From Paragordius varius (taxonomy: Eukaryota > Animalia > Nematomorpha), in NCBI GenBank assembly GCA_964247055.1, contig OZ176052.1, positions 4,898,001 to 4,962,000 of the forward strand: a stretch of DNA of 64,000 nt. Reading direction: 5' to 3'. A program made the position numbers and the translations under genes. The notes under the pieces were generated by a model. The model was not told the DNA's origin and ran no database searches. It saw only the letters and a program-made list of their open reading frames with translations. This document shows positions 14,218-27,600 of the stretch, piece by piece (the first letter of the stretch is position 1; each line of letters opens with the position of its first letter).

Positions 14218-17200
14218 ATGGAGAATTTTTTTCCTCAAAAAAGTTTTCCTTCTACCGTAAGTTCAACAAAACTAATCTAAAGCAAATCTGTAAACCACAT
14301 CATACATTGTTTATGCGGTCATTCACCATATCGTTCTCTCTATATTCCCAAATAAACGGCCAATCAGCCCCACAATTATTAAAAATAATTTTTTATTCGA
14401 TTTTAATATACCAAGAATATGGCATAACTACTAAAACATTGTATTATATTATATTAAAAAAAAGTATTATGCTGGTATTCTTGGGATATTAGAATTTCCT
14501 CAACATCCCATATGAAGGTCTGATGATAATGCGGTTTAGCTAAGATTAGTACAAACAGATGACATTTAGGATGCATGGTTATAACAGCGATATACTTCGC
14601 ATTCAAAATGAAATAAACCAATTATTGGAGGGTAAAAACGCTAAATTAGAAGAAGCGAAGCTTCAGTTCACCCATGAATACGAGGTAATTACAATTGTGT
14701 ATTTACAATGTTATAGGAAAGGCTTTTGTTGATTAAAGCCTTATATGACAAAAAGGCGCATGATTTACAGAACGAACATAAAGCTTTAAGGGATAATGCA
14801 TATAAAGAATTCGAAGTACGTTTTATAATTATATTACAGGATAAAAAATTGGCGTTAAAGTCCAATCTTCAAAAACAATTGGAAGAAGAAAGGAAAAATG
14901 CCATACATGAATGCCAAAATATTGAACTTAACCAAGGTTATACATTTTAAATAGGATCCAAAACATTGGCTTTGCTGGCCACATATTTGATTGAAAAAAT
15001 TAGCGCCGCATTTTTTATATATATGGGCATTCACAATTAATTTATTGATTTCAAAGACTGAAAAATGACAACGCAACATTAATCTTAAATAGTTCTAGTA
15101 AATTAGATAGACTTATATAAATACATTTGCTAAGATGTGAGTATATTTTGCAATTTATTTCCAAAATTTTTGCGCATGTTAGACATCACTGAGTAATTAT
15201 TTTCTAAATTTAATTTTTAGAAATAAACGAAGTTAAGCCAGCCTACACTCGACGGATGTTAAGGCGACGAATGCCAAACGATTTACCATGTAATGGTGCA
15301 GATACAAAGCGCAAAAAACAATCCCTACCTGATATCCTTTTTAATATTTTAATAAAATTTACCCAAATATATTATCCTTAACTCTTTCAACACATATTAA
15401 ATTTAGTTTAGATGAAAAATGCATTGATGAGGATTTAGCAATGGTTAAAACCATGAAAAAAGATTATGCCACCACTTTAAAAACAGGTTTTTTATTTAAT
15501 AATATTTACATTCATAACCTAATAAGCATATTTAAGGCTTTTTTGTGAGCAAGATTTCCAAACTACATCTTTTTATCAATACTGTTTTTCTCTAAAAGAT
15601 GAGTGTTAAAGTTTTAATTGATTAAAATTTAAAATATTAAAATCAACATCTGTTATATTGAATTTATGAATATTTATTTGCTTTTACTCAAATAACCCGT
15701 TTGAGAATTCCCATTTAAGTATTCGAAACTAGTTACTGATATTGTGCTATTTTATAATTTGCTATTCCAATAAATATTTATTAAATTATTAATTAGTTTT
15801 TAACACAAAAAACTAAATTTTGGTTTAAGGTTATTTATATGGTTATAGTGATTAGATATATAATTCATCTAATGGCACTAAAATAATATATGGCGAAAAT
15901 GTTCGTAAACCCATCTATATGTAAATCGGTATCATGGCTATAATTATTCTAAAGTACAATATAATTCGCAATTTTAGTAAATTTTCATATTAATTATAAA
16001 ATCTGGCAATATTAAATATGCCTTTTCTCAAATAAAACCGATTTTATCTAATTAAAATATGGTTTTTAAATAATTTTTTAATTCACAAGATACGCATGTG
16101 CTTACACACTTATTATTACAATAGCAGCTGTAAGTATATTCATTGTGTTAAGTACTCTCCGTGTTATATTATGTCGCTAATTTTTGGAACATTTCTTAAT
16201 TTTTAATTTTACCCAACAATAAAGAAAAATTCTTTCAACAAAGTTTTCATATACCTAATAATTAATTTTAACAATCTAATAACTTTGACGTATTAGAAAC
16301 AGAAATCAAATACAATGTTATAAAATTTACGCCATCATTTATGCTTAAGAAATATAAAAACTATTCCCAAGAAAACGCATAGTGTCTCATTTGAATAATT
16401 GTGAACTAGGCATAGGTAATATCGCAAATTATAATGCTGCTTAAAAGCGAAAAATTATTTCGATAGATGGTAGTTAAATCAGAGTTAACTTTTTTTGTAA
16501 ATTTTAAAGCTTTACATAATGTTATTAGGGTTAGAATAGGGTCTGCCGAAAGCGCATTTTGACCAATTTAGCATAAAGTTTAATAATTTTTGTTGAAAAC
16601 TAAAGTAACCAGATAGTACCCAAACCTTGTTTAAAACTAAACATATGGTGTGAATCTATGAAAGCTCTCACTAACGATAATATAAAGTTAATTTTATATT
16701 TATTTTGTAAGTTTAAAATCCTAAAACCAAAAATAATGTTAGAAAATAGTGACTATAGAGCGTATAGGTGTATTTTTATTAAATTTTTTACAATATTTAT
16801 CCTTTGGCAATTTTTATATATTTATGGACAACTGCTTCAATGGTTTCTTTACATTTGATTATATAAAACAAACACCTTTCTAAATTATTTCCAATCCGTC
16901 CCATTGGAATATTTAATTTTATTAAACTTACATAGTTCATGAAGGAGATAAATATGAGTTTATGTCAACTATGAAATAAAAATATAAACCTTAATTTTGA
17001 ATAGCAGTAAATATAAAACGAATAAGGAGTATGATTTTTTTTGGGTGGTCAAATATATTTTGTATATTAAGTTTTCTTATCCCACGTAGATCAAATCAAA
17101 GTTGTCTCCAACATAGTAGATGGTAAACTATATTATGACAAACGATACTATTATCGAGGCCAGGCTGTTTATATTTCTGGTCCTCATTCAAACGCGACAA

Positions 17201-17391
17201 AACTCGCTATGATGTCACCACCTTCGGACAACTCAAATAGCGAAGAAAATAGTTATGCAGCCATCATACAAAGCATTGAACATAACAAAGTCTGCCTTCG
17301 AAAATTAATCGATAATAATCGTATATACGTCACCTTGGCTCATCTCCAATCTGGAACATATCACCTAAGGAAACGGATAATTAATCATTGA
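14218..17391 (+). CDS. SUDS3: Sin3 histone deacetylase corepressor complex component SDS3
   Basis: Exons 14218-14256, 14493-14533, 14570-14684, 14717-14815, 14840-14936, 15221-15331, 15394-15486 and 17090-17391 join in frame. Motifs KEFE|DKKLALKSNL, EVKPAYTRRMLRRR, IDEDL and [21 protein letters not shown] match SDS3 (human [21 protein letters not shown] as recalled). The first two exons are less certain. Confidence 0.92.
15332..15393 (+). other. U12-type (minor spliceosome) AT-AC intron, 62 nt
   Basis: 5' site ATATCCTTT, branch site TCCTTAAC at 15375-15382, and AC terminus 11 nt further on. Removal gives the in-frame junction LP-D-IKFSLDEKCIDEDL. No GT donor is available there and read-through hits a stop. 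Confidence 0.93.
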
Positions 17392-18183
17392 TTGATTGGC
17401 TGATAAAAACTTAAATGAATTGTATAGAACTCTAATTTAAATAAATATTTATTGTTTACCCCTTTTTAAAATTCGTATGTTGGATATTATAGCTTAAGTT
17501 GTTAATTTCAGATAATTTGTTTCATATTAAAAAATACATTAAAATATTTCTAGAGTGTTAAACTATAAATGAATATATGTATATATAAACAATAGATTTT
17601 AAACCATTTAAAATAGTTAATGTGTGTGCAGAATGAAAAGAATAAAATAATTTTCTTTTTACACATTTTGCTATTATAACATACAAATATTTTATAAATT
17701 GAATTGATAATTAAATGTCATTATTTAGCAAATTAATTTGAAATATGAGATACTAGAGTATATGTAATGATTTAAATCTTTCTTTGGTTCAAAACGCTAA
17801 TATGATGCTTATTAGTAAATTTGTTTTGTAAATATTTCATAATTTATCAATAATCATTCAGAAAGTAATATGTAATGTTATGTGATCATTCTAGGGAAAT
17901 TTCGCTCAAGTCGAAGTTAACTTTTTGCTTTTTGTAAATATTTCTCCATGAATTGCTGTTACTAGAGTTTTAAGGTTTTGGATCTGACCTTTACATATAT
18001 TTCATTTTAATGATGATATATAAGATACAAGTTTATAATAAACCCTTGTAAAATAAACTGAAAAGATTATCATAAAATTTATTTTGATTAAATTAATTTT
18101 TACTATAATAAATATTTTTTCCCAAAGATAAAAATTGTATATAAATTTGATGGAATAGACCCCATTTCATAAATAGAAGCATC

Positions 18184-21100
18184 TCATATCCTTTTAAACA
18201 TTGGTTTGAACGTTCTTGGAGCATAAGATCTCAATAAATGCACTAAAACAGCCTATTATATAAAATATTGAGAATAAATTAATGACGAGATTAAAAAATA
18301 GAAATAATCATTTTGTAATTAAAAGTTAATTATCCAGTTACATCCAATATTTTTTATATAACAATAATATCAATGTACCATAAACGTCCATTTTCTATTT
18401 TCCGCTTCATTCCACACCAATGATTTTTTGTCATAAAAAATTTTGTCCGTAACCTCCTCTTGTTTCCGAGGTAGGCAATGCAAAAACACCCAATCTTTGG
18501 GTGCATGTTTAACCATCTAAGAGAAAACATTAAAATTTTAATATAGTAATTAGTTGGAAAAATCTGCTAAGAATAATGATAACTTTTAATTGGGAAAAAA
18601 AATAATACATACAGTTTAGAGTCTCTTTTATCCTTTTTAATTAAAGGGTAAAGACTTAATTTGTCTTTGGACTTGTGAAGGCTTTAACACTCACCTGCCC
18701 AGGGCTGACAATAATGGTGGAAAAACTGCGTAGTTTCGGGGTAGGAACTCTGGAACGCAGTGTAAGAGTTCAGCGCCCTACCTACTATAACATCACATAA
18801 ATAATGATTTAAGTGTTGCCAACATTGATGATAACCCCTGGCAGGATCACAAATATTACAGGCACAGCTTCTATACGGTTACAATGACTAGTCATCATAC
18901 AAAGACGATACATATAAACCGTAAATGAAATGTCAAAATGTTATTAAAGTTATAATTTTGTCCTTTCAAATACTGACAATTAAAAAAATTTGTAAAGAAA
19001 TATACTTATAACGAGATTTACGCTAGTATACCAATAAATATATATTTAAAAAGATACGATTACAGTTTAAAAATTGTAGAACTTCGGAAAAATTATATCA
19101 TTAAACATGTGCAAATTTAAGAAAAAAATCAATAAATGAATTTTCGTTTAAAATTAATATAATACAGAAAAAATAATAAACTATGCCATAAAAATATATT
19201 TCTTATCAATGGTGGGTTATAATAGCCCGAAAACACATAACTAATTTTTAGGGTGAATTTGAATTGTTCAAGGGTTTATTATTCGAGCAATATTGTTATA
19301 AAATGCCTCGCCTCAACAACTCCAAAAATAATTGATTTGTATAAAACGGAGCAAATCAATATGTGGCCTAATAAAAAAACCGTTTTAAAAACGTACGTTA
19401 GAATCAATCTGGTATCCTTTGAAATCTTTTAATCTTTGTGATTTTTCACTTTCTTGTCCCATGCTTATCCATGTATCAGTTACGATAACTTGAGCGTTTT
19501 GTATGGCTTCTATCGGGTCTTCGGTATATAAAACTTTCGTTCCATTCTAAAATAAAAAAAATTGGCTTTTGCGAAAAAAGTATTTAGAAGAAAATTTATT
19601 TTAATATGTCAAAAATAGATATGAAACATAATTTTGTTCAGTAAGGCGAGCGAATTATTTAGATTTTTAAGGGCAAAATAATGCTTAAATAAGAAAAATA
19701 TAAATAATTGATTTAGGGATTCCAGATTCCGTTTAAATTAAAATGAAAAAATTTAGTTTTTATTATACTTGTTGAGCCAAATTTTGGGATTCCTTAACAA
19801 CATTTTCATTAGGTTTGTAATTCTAGTAATTAAAAAAATATCAATTGATAAAATAGTGCAGTCGAAGGACATGAAACAACACAAAAATGAATAATGAATA
19901 AAATATGTTGAATTAAAAAAGATTTCTTAACTATTGACATATACTATATTTTAATGAATTTGCAATAAAAAAAATTTTTTATTCTTTCATATACCTCTGA
20001 TACAGAGTTGCCCAAAACAAATAGCTTCACGGGCCGCATTCAAAAAAAATTATGAGTATTAATAAATATTATTTAAACCTAAAAATTTCGAACAAATCTA
20101 TTTTCCCTAGTTCTTTGTCAAAAGATGTCAGATTTTGTTTAACAAAACATCAATATTACTGAGATCTATTTTTTGAATAAAAATTTTGCAATTACGAAAT
20201 TCCGTAATTACATGGAAATACTCCAAATTTTTCGTAGGCCCTGTGTTGAACACCCCTGCTCTAATATGTATATTCCTTACATTTTTTAAAATAAATGAAA
20301 ATAATTTTATTTTATGCATCATATTTGTTCAAATACTTTATTCAACATAAATTTATTTAATGATAACAGAATTAATTTTATAAAACAGTTTATTCTTTAC
20401 ATTCATCATATCTTATTCTAAAAGTTATTATTTATAAAATTACTAAAATACCACCTTTGGTGTTGCAAACGATATATTAATTCCCATTTTTGGTGCGCTA
20501 TATAAGAGAGAATGCAGGATATTATTGCCATCTCCAATCCATGCCAAATTTAATCCGTGTAAATATCCAAAATGTTCCTAAAAAATTATTTTTATAAATA
20601 TATAAAACTACATTTATATAGCGCGTAAAATTTTATTTTATACACATTATATGAATATATAATTTAATGAGTAATAAAAAACGGAAAAGAAGTTTTATTT
20701 GTTCAAATTTTATTGAAAGGCGCGATTAAATTATTTTTTTATTGGAGAAACATATAATTTTATCGCTTAATAAATATTTGATTATATGCCAAAAATATGA
20801 AATTTATATAAAAAACAATTACATTTTTTATAAAAAAAGATTTAATATTTGGTAAAAGTTACAAAATTAAAAAACATTAATATGAAAACTCTATTATACG
20901 AAATAAAAAATTAGGGGCCTACGAACTTGAAGAGTCAGGTAATCGGCAAGAATTTGTAATGGATGCGTAAAATCCGATAAAGCATTAATAACGGGAATAT
21001 CGGCTTCCTCAGCCAAAGTTTCTAAATCTTTTTGATCAAACACTCTTGCGACTATTGCATCCGACATGCGGGAAAAAACTCTGCATTTAATGAATTTAAT

Positions 21101-21623
21101 AATGCATTGACATAGTAACGATAATTTTAAAATAGTTCTGGAATATAGGGGAAAAGTGTTCATTTGCTTATATAATCTTTTATCAATATTTTATATTCCT
21201 TTAGTGATAATGAAAGTAAAAAAAATTGGTACTTTGCACTATCTTTTAAAGTTTCATTAACTCCCAAATGAATATCATCACGGCCCAAAAATATTGGATA
21301 GGCCCCCAAATGATTGCAACCTTTCATGAATTATAAAACATATACATACCAGTTTCTATCGACAGACGAGTGCGGGTACTTTTCTTTTGAAACAACATTA
21401 TTACAGATTTGCCATCCAGTATTTTAAAAAGCTAAATTTATTTTTTAAGCCAAACTTCTTGACTTTCTTTAATGCGGATTTTTAAATCAGCAGCCGTCCA
21501 TAATAACTGTTCAATATCATTACCTGATAATTTGGCTAATGATAAAAAATCTTTGCCAATCAAACAAATAAATTATTTTATAACTAACTTGTTGCTAAAT
21601 TTTCGGACAAGTAATTTTAGCAT
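18184..21623 (-). CDS. OTC: Ornithine carbamoyltransferase, mitochondrial type
   Basis: Exons 21623-21589, 21564-21456, 21431-21350 ([11 protein letters not shown]), 21320-21233 (DIHLGVNE), 21080-20927 ([13 protein letters not shown]), 20577-20455 ([11 protein letters not shown]), 19822-19769, 19546-19397 ([10 protein letters not shown]), 18516-18379 (FLHCLPRK...EAENRKWT), 18252-18184. The carbamoyl-phosphate and ornithine-binding motifs are intact. Confidence 0.96.
18644..18785. repeat. Unclassified dispersed repeat in an OTC intron
   Basis: aaagggtaaagacttaat...taacactcacctgcccaggg...gtagtttcggggta aligns by eye, as an inverted copy, to 55600-55695, and partly to 55810-55840 and 58015-58080. 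Confidence 0.55.
20003..20258. mobile_element. hAT (Charlie/Buster-like) MITE in an OTC intron
   Basis: Ends cagagttgcccaa... and ...gttgaacacccctg, flanked by ctctgata / ctctaata (8-bp duplication, one mismatch). Confidence 0.8.
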
Positions 21624-24600
21624 GCTTTTCAGTTGATTTTATGATCTAAATATAATGATAACACTTGGATACACATTGGTCAATCCTTCGATTCAAATTG
21701 GGGTATAGATAGACCTTCTTTGTGTAAAATTAAATATTTATAAAAATATGGAATTAAATTAAAACCATGGCAAAAGCTTGTTATATACCATTAGTGAACC
21801 GAAAAATGAAAAATTTTTTCAAAACTTGATATTTATTATTCGGTTAAACCAAAAAGATTTTTTGAAACGTTTACTTCATTAGTTTTTTAAAAATATTAAC
21901 TTAAATATTTTAAGTATTTCAATTTAAAACAATGTGTTAATTTGTAGTAATCTTTCTATATATTTTAACAATACAATGATCCATTTTATATAATTTTTTA
22001 AGGAAATAAAGTTTATAACAGATAGATATTAAGAAAAGGGTGTGACAGGCATGGCCTCAACCGTTACCGTCCTCACGGACGATCCACAGACAGATATTAT
22101 TATAAAATTTTTCAAAATATACATAGCACACAACAAATATGATGAAAAATATATACTGATAATTTAAGCTAACGAGATTCTTATAGTGTTTATAAGGGCA
22201 TGAGTCATTAAAACACTTCTGCCTTTTCATTTTTCGCTTTACATATTGGTTCCAACATTTAAAAATTACTTAGAAACCATTGTTCTTATGTTATAGATAT
22301 AAAACATATATTTTTACAGTTTTATGACTTCTAGCTTTTGGGACAGCTTCCACGTTTACGAACAGTATTAATTATCAAGTTTTTTCTGGTTAGATGTAGC
22401 CTAGAAGACTTTTTATTTACATTTTTTAACCATAATACAATTTATTTGCCTGTTAAATAAAAATGGCGGCATTCCAGATAAGAATATTTTAAAATTTAGC
22501 TTTTTTTAAAATTTGTGTAGTACGCCTTACATAATTTTGAATTTTAATCTCTCTCTGTGATATAACGACAAAAGGTAGAGTGATAATATTTAAAATTATA
22601 TTGCTCAATATCGATTGATTGTAAAGTTTTCGCATATTCAGCTAAATAAGAAAGGATACTTCAAAATATTAATGAAATATATCAATAATATTTAAAAAAT
22701 ATTTATAACACTACAATTTTCGCATGTGGCCCCAAAAATCTCAAATTTGTAACCCCCTTTAAAATGGGTTAGTTGTTTTAATAATTCTAAACGGCCTATA
22801 AGACAATTATATATAAAATATATGCCTGATTATGAAATCAATTAACATTACAAAAAGTAATATTTTTATTTAAAATTTAATGACAAAATTTTGTTAAGGA
22901 TTTCATGGTATTTTAGAGCATGTTGTAAAAAGTATTGAATTATTTTATTATATTATGAAAACTTTTTTATATAAATCATACTAAACATTATCACCTAAAT
23001 TTGATTTGGTTTTTAAATTGGGTGAAATGTCAAAAACACAATTTATATCGATCTAATAATCGACATGCATTTGAATGTATCGGTAAAATTTTTTGATACG
23101 ATTCGGTTGAAAATGAAAATTGTCGAGCCGAAATGTAAGCCGTCACAAAAGGCGGTAAACTTCTTCGGATGATTTGGTATAACTTATAATTTATTGCAAT
23201 AAATAATGCTGAATTTGAATATTAAAAATTATTAATTAATCGCGTAAATTTTATGGGCATTTTACGAAATCAACACTTAAATACAATTTGGGGTAGTTTG
23301 TAAATTCAAAAATATATATAAAGGATATTGGATTTTAAATTATGCATACTTTATCTTTTAAGGTGTATGATTTAAATATGCAAAGTAAAATAAAATTTTA
23401 TCTCAAACTTTTTCACCATTTTTTAGATCTTTTTAATAACATAACAACCGACAAATCAGGTTTTGGTTAATTTGGTTTTAGAGAAAATCGTCAAATACAT
23501 AAGCTTTCTACCTTATGTTGTATAGCAGTGTTTAATAATTTAATTTTAAATTCATTCAAAAAAGTAGTTAGACAAGTTAGATCTGTTGGATACAAAACTA
23601 TTCAATATTGTCATCGACTACGAAAAAATGAAAATCATTCCGCAAGTCTATTACTGTTTTATTAAGACCCAAAAAAGAATTCTTTAACATATGATATTAA
23701 AAATAAATTCCATGTAAAACGTTTTTGTGTTTTTGTATATTTCAAAAATGCTGAGTAATAGGATTGCTTAAACTACATACTTGTTTTTAGTAACCTTTAA
23801 AGCAATGTGACTCTATTTAATTTTATCATTTATTACTATCAACTTAAAATGGAGCATCATAACAATTATATAAGATTAACTTGATGTGCAGAGCGATTTC
23901 CATAAAAAATATTTAAATCTTGTTAAAGGACAAAAACGTGTCACATCAAGTTTGATTGCAAAAACTTAAATACTAGAATTTAGACATACCAAATGTATCG
24001 AATCGATTAGGATAACTTAATTCTTAATGATATCAAATATTTTCTATTCATATGTATCAAATATAGCTTGTTTTTTATTAAAGTTTTAAATGCGATTCTT
24101 ATCATCGTTATTTAAATGTAAATGTTTTAGTGCATAAACTTCGGTTTTAAGGGCTTTAATGGAAGTGACATATAAAATTTATCAAAAAACATATATAAAT
24201 GAAAAACAACAAATTATACGCATACCGCGGCCCATGGGCCCATGCGGCCCTTTTTTGGGCCCTTATTTTAGTCTAAATTTCTGCAATTTACAGCCATAAA
24301 ATTTTTTCGGTATTATATGGTCGGGCCTTGAGACAAAGTAAATATTTTTTACGTCCTGTTTAAATTTTTTGGTGAATACCAGTGCCATAAATTAAACTTC
24401 TCCTTGGAAAAAGAATTCACTTTCATCTGAATATAAAAATGGCATCTAAGGAAAACCAACAGGAGATATATGTATTTATTCATATTTACCCGTTTCCTAT
24501 TCTGTTTTCTTGATAATTTAAATTTATAAATCATGATTATAGCCAATAATTATCCTATAATTTTTTTTAATATATAACACTTGGCGTCAATTTTTTTACA

Positions 24601-27600
24601 TTGTTCAATGATCCGTTAATAATAATTTGGGATTTATATATGCTGTCATGCGGATATGACAATATGTCAAGTTTATTCGTTTTTTAGGATGAAAACTACT
24701 TTTGTACAGTATGGCGTCTTTAATATTTTTTCGCTTTATATTTTCCTTATTTGATCTTAATTAATTAATTAATGAATTGTATTATTCCCATATAAAAATT
24801 TTAATAATAAATTTTGATTTGATTATTTATTTATCATATATAATATGTTATATATCTATTTTAGAAACAATAAAAGGTGTTAATCAAGCGCACCTATCTT
24901 ACATACATACACACAAAATTCCACAAATACTACGCCTTACTTTAGCATGTAAAAAAGTGAATTACACAATCAATTTAAAACAGTTAATTATACATTTTTT
25001 ATCTCTCACAGTTACAAAAAAAATTTATTTTAACTTTTACATTTTTACTTACCTGTCTCTATTGTTTTCACTTCATATGACTTTTTTTTTCTTTTAACCA
25101 ATTAGTTTTTTACTTAAATTTATTAGAATGAATAAATAATTGCAAACGAAAAATGAGGAAAATGTTTGATCTGAAACTGCTTTTTATTAGAATTTTCTGT
25201 TATTAAGTACTAAAAGATATTAACATAACTTTATTATTTAAATCTTGATTTGGAAGGAATGTAACGGAATATTGAGATTTTTTCACCATTTTTCTGATTA
25301 TTCATTATTCATACATATTATTAAATCACAACACAAAATATTGTTGATATTATCAAACATTTAAGTGTGCTTGCTTACTTACTTACCTAAATTACATTTA
25401 AAAAAAGTTTCTTATGCGCGAAAAGACAAATTTTCATTTGTAAAAATATTCATTTTTGGTTTTAATGAAATTATAACTTACATATAATAATTTCAATATA
25501 AATAAATGTTTTAAGTAAAACAATACATTTTATTTAATTATAAATTCATATTCTAACTATTATTTTATAATTTGGTTGTTCAGTTAACTATATGTTCCAA
25601 GATCATCAATCAATCAATTTTATCCTGTACCAATTATATATAAAAATATTACGTTTGACATATCATTCATTATTTTAGATAACTTTGTCCTGGAAAATAT
25701 TTCCCTTTGCTAAAAATTAATTTAATTGAAAGTTAATACGCTATCGATACATTAAAAATAACCCTAATCTCACATTCTTAGCCTATTTTATCCATTTTTT
25801 TGACTTCCTCCCATCTTTATTTGTTTGAACTCTATCAAAAAATTATACCAAACACCATTTATGCTTATGATATATAAAAATTATTATATCATGAATAAAT
25901 CTTATAATAAAACAATGATATATGGAAAGGGATTAAATCACTAACGATTTCGTAATAATGATATGATTTTAACCAAAAAAAGGGAAAGGCGAAAAAGTTA
26001 AACTACTTATAACAATAATACTTAACCACTTGTGTATTATAGTGTTAGCGAAAAGGATCGTTTATTAATGAAGAGGATAAGATATATAAGTCGACAAATA
26101 TATTTATTATAAAAGCATTAACCTTTAACTAATTTATAACACTTCCCTATTTTGTCACCTCTTTGTCCTTTCCTCTTATATAAAAAAGGAGGATATTTAA
26201 TCTTTTCCACTCCCTATGAACGCTCATCAGTTATAAAAGATTTATCCATCATCCAAATATAATCCCTCGTACAATCAAACAAACAAAAAAACCTATTATT
26301 ACATTATAACTAATAATATTCATATATATTTATAATGAATACTAATATTCAAGGTGAATATACTCAAAGAATTCTGTTCAAATTATAAATCCACCATACG
26401 AAGAAAAGTACAATACCTATCTAATTCTTCGCAATCTTAATTCTACTACGGCATTATGCGGCAAACCATGTCATTTTGTGTTTGTTATAGTTAGATAACA
26501 TTCTCTTTACCAAAGTTTACAATGTATAAAAAAAGATAAAGGGATAGATAATAAAGGTGTATAAAAAAACTTTTACTTTTACTTTTATATTTTTTTCCAT
26601 GCATGATCTGCTGATCATCAGTATAATTCGATTCCACCTCGCCATGCGCATATATAAATATCGTTAACATATCATTTAATAAGTTACTATAGTGTATTAT
26701 TATCACAATGATGATTTTTTTGTTTTATTGATATAATAATATAGTATGTTAAGGTCAAATGAGTGCATATATCCCACAACTTAATACTTATTATCATCTA
26801 TTGTGCCATCATTATAATAATGCAAAGGTAGAATTATATATGCAGAAGAAAACTGTACTTTCACCACAGTTTTTTGATTAAAGCTTTTTCTTTATATCCT
26901 TTGCTATTTTCGACAAGGCACATAATTATTCAAAGACCCTTCCATTTTGTGATTCTTTTAAATTATACCCTAAAACACAAACTCAATTGAAATATATATT
27001 CGTATCTCCCCATAAATCTCAGGTAATATATGTGATTATAAGAAATTTTCCTCTTTCTTAAAATATATTATGGAAATTATGTAAAAAATTTAATTAACCC
27101 TAGTATTAAGCATTTTGAAAAACTTTAATACATATGTTTATTCATAACTTTTTTTACCTGTAAAATTTTACAAAATTTGTATTTTTTACACCTGACCCAT
27201 TTTTAAATTCACTAGCTGTCGTTTTGCTTTTTCTGTTTTTACTTTATTTAAATTTATTTAAAAAAATATATATATATATATACATAAAACTTGGATTAAA
27301 ATGAGAACTACTTATAAAAATAATAGTTAATAATAGCTAATGAGAGGAAGCACAAGGATTTTCTTTTAAAATGACTGACTGACTATAAACTAAAAGAGGC
27401 ACATAAAATAATATTTAAACATGGTTTTTACAGCAGCTGATATATGAAGGCAACTTTTTACTAAGAATTTTTTTGTTAAATTGTGAATCATTAAATTAAA
27501 TTTAAATTAAAATTACATTTAACGTTTTAAAAAAAACGCATTTTTTTATCTTCTTTACACAGGTAAGAACATTTTTCTTTCTTTATTTTACAATTTTTCA

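Noticed and set aside
25255-25275. miR-1-like seed (GGAATGTAA)
   Set aside because: No complementary arm nearby to form a precursor hairpin, and the 3' part does not match.
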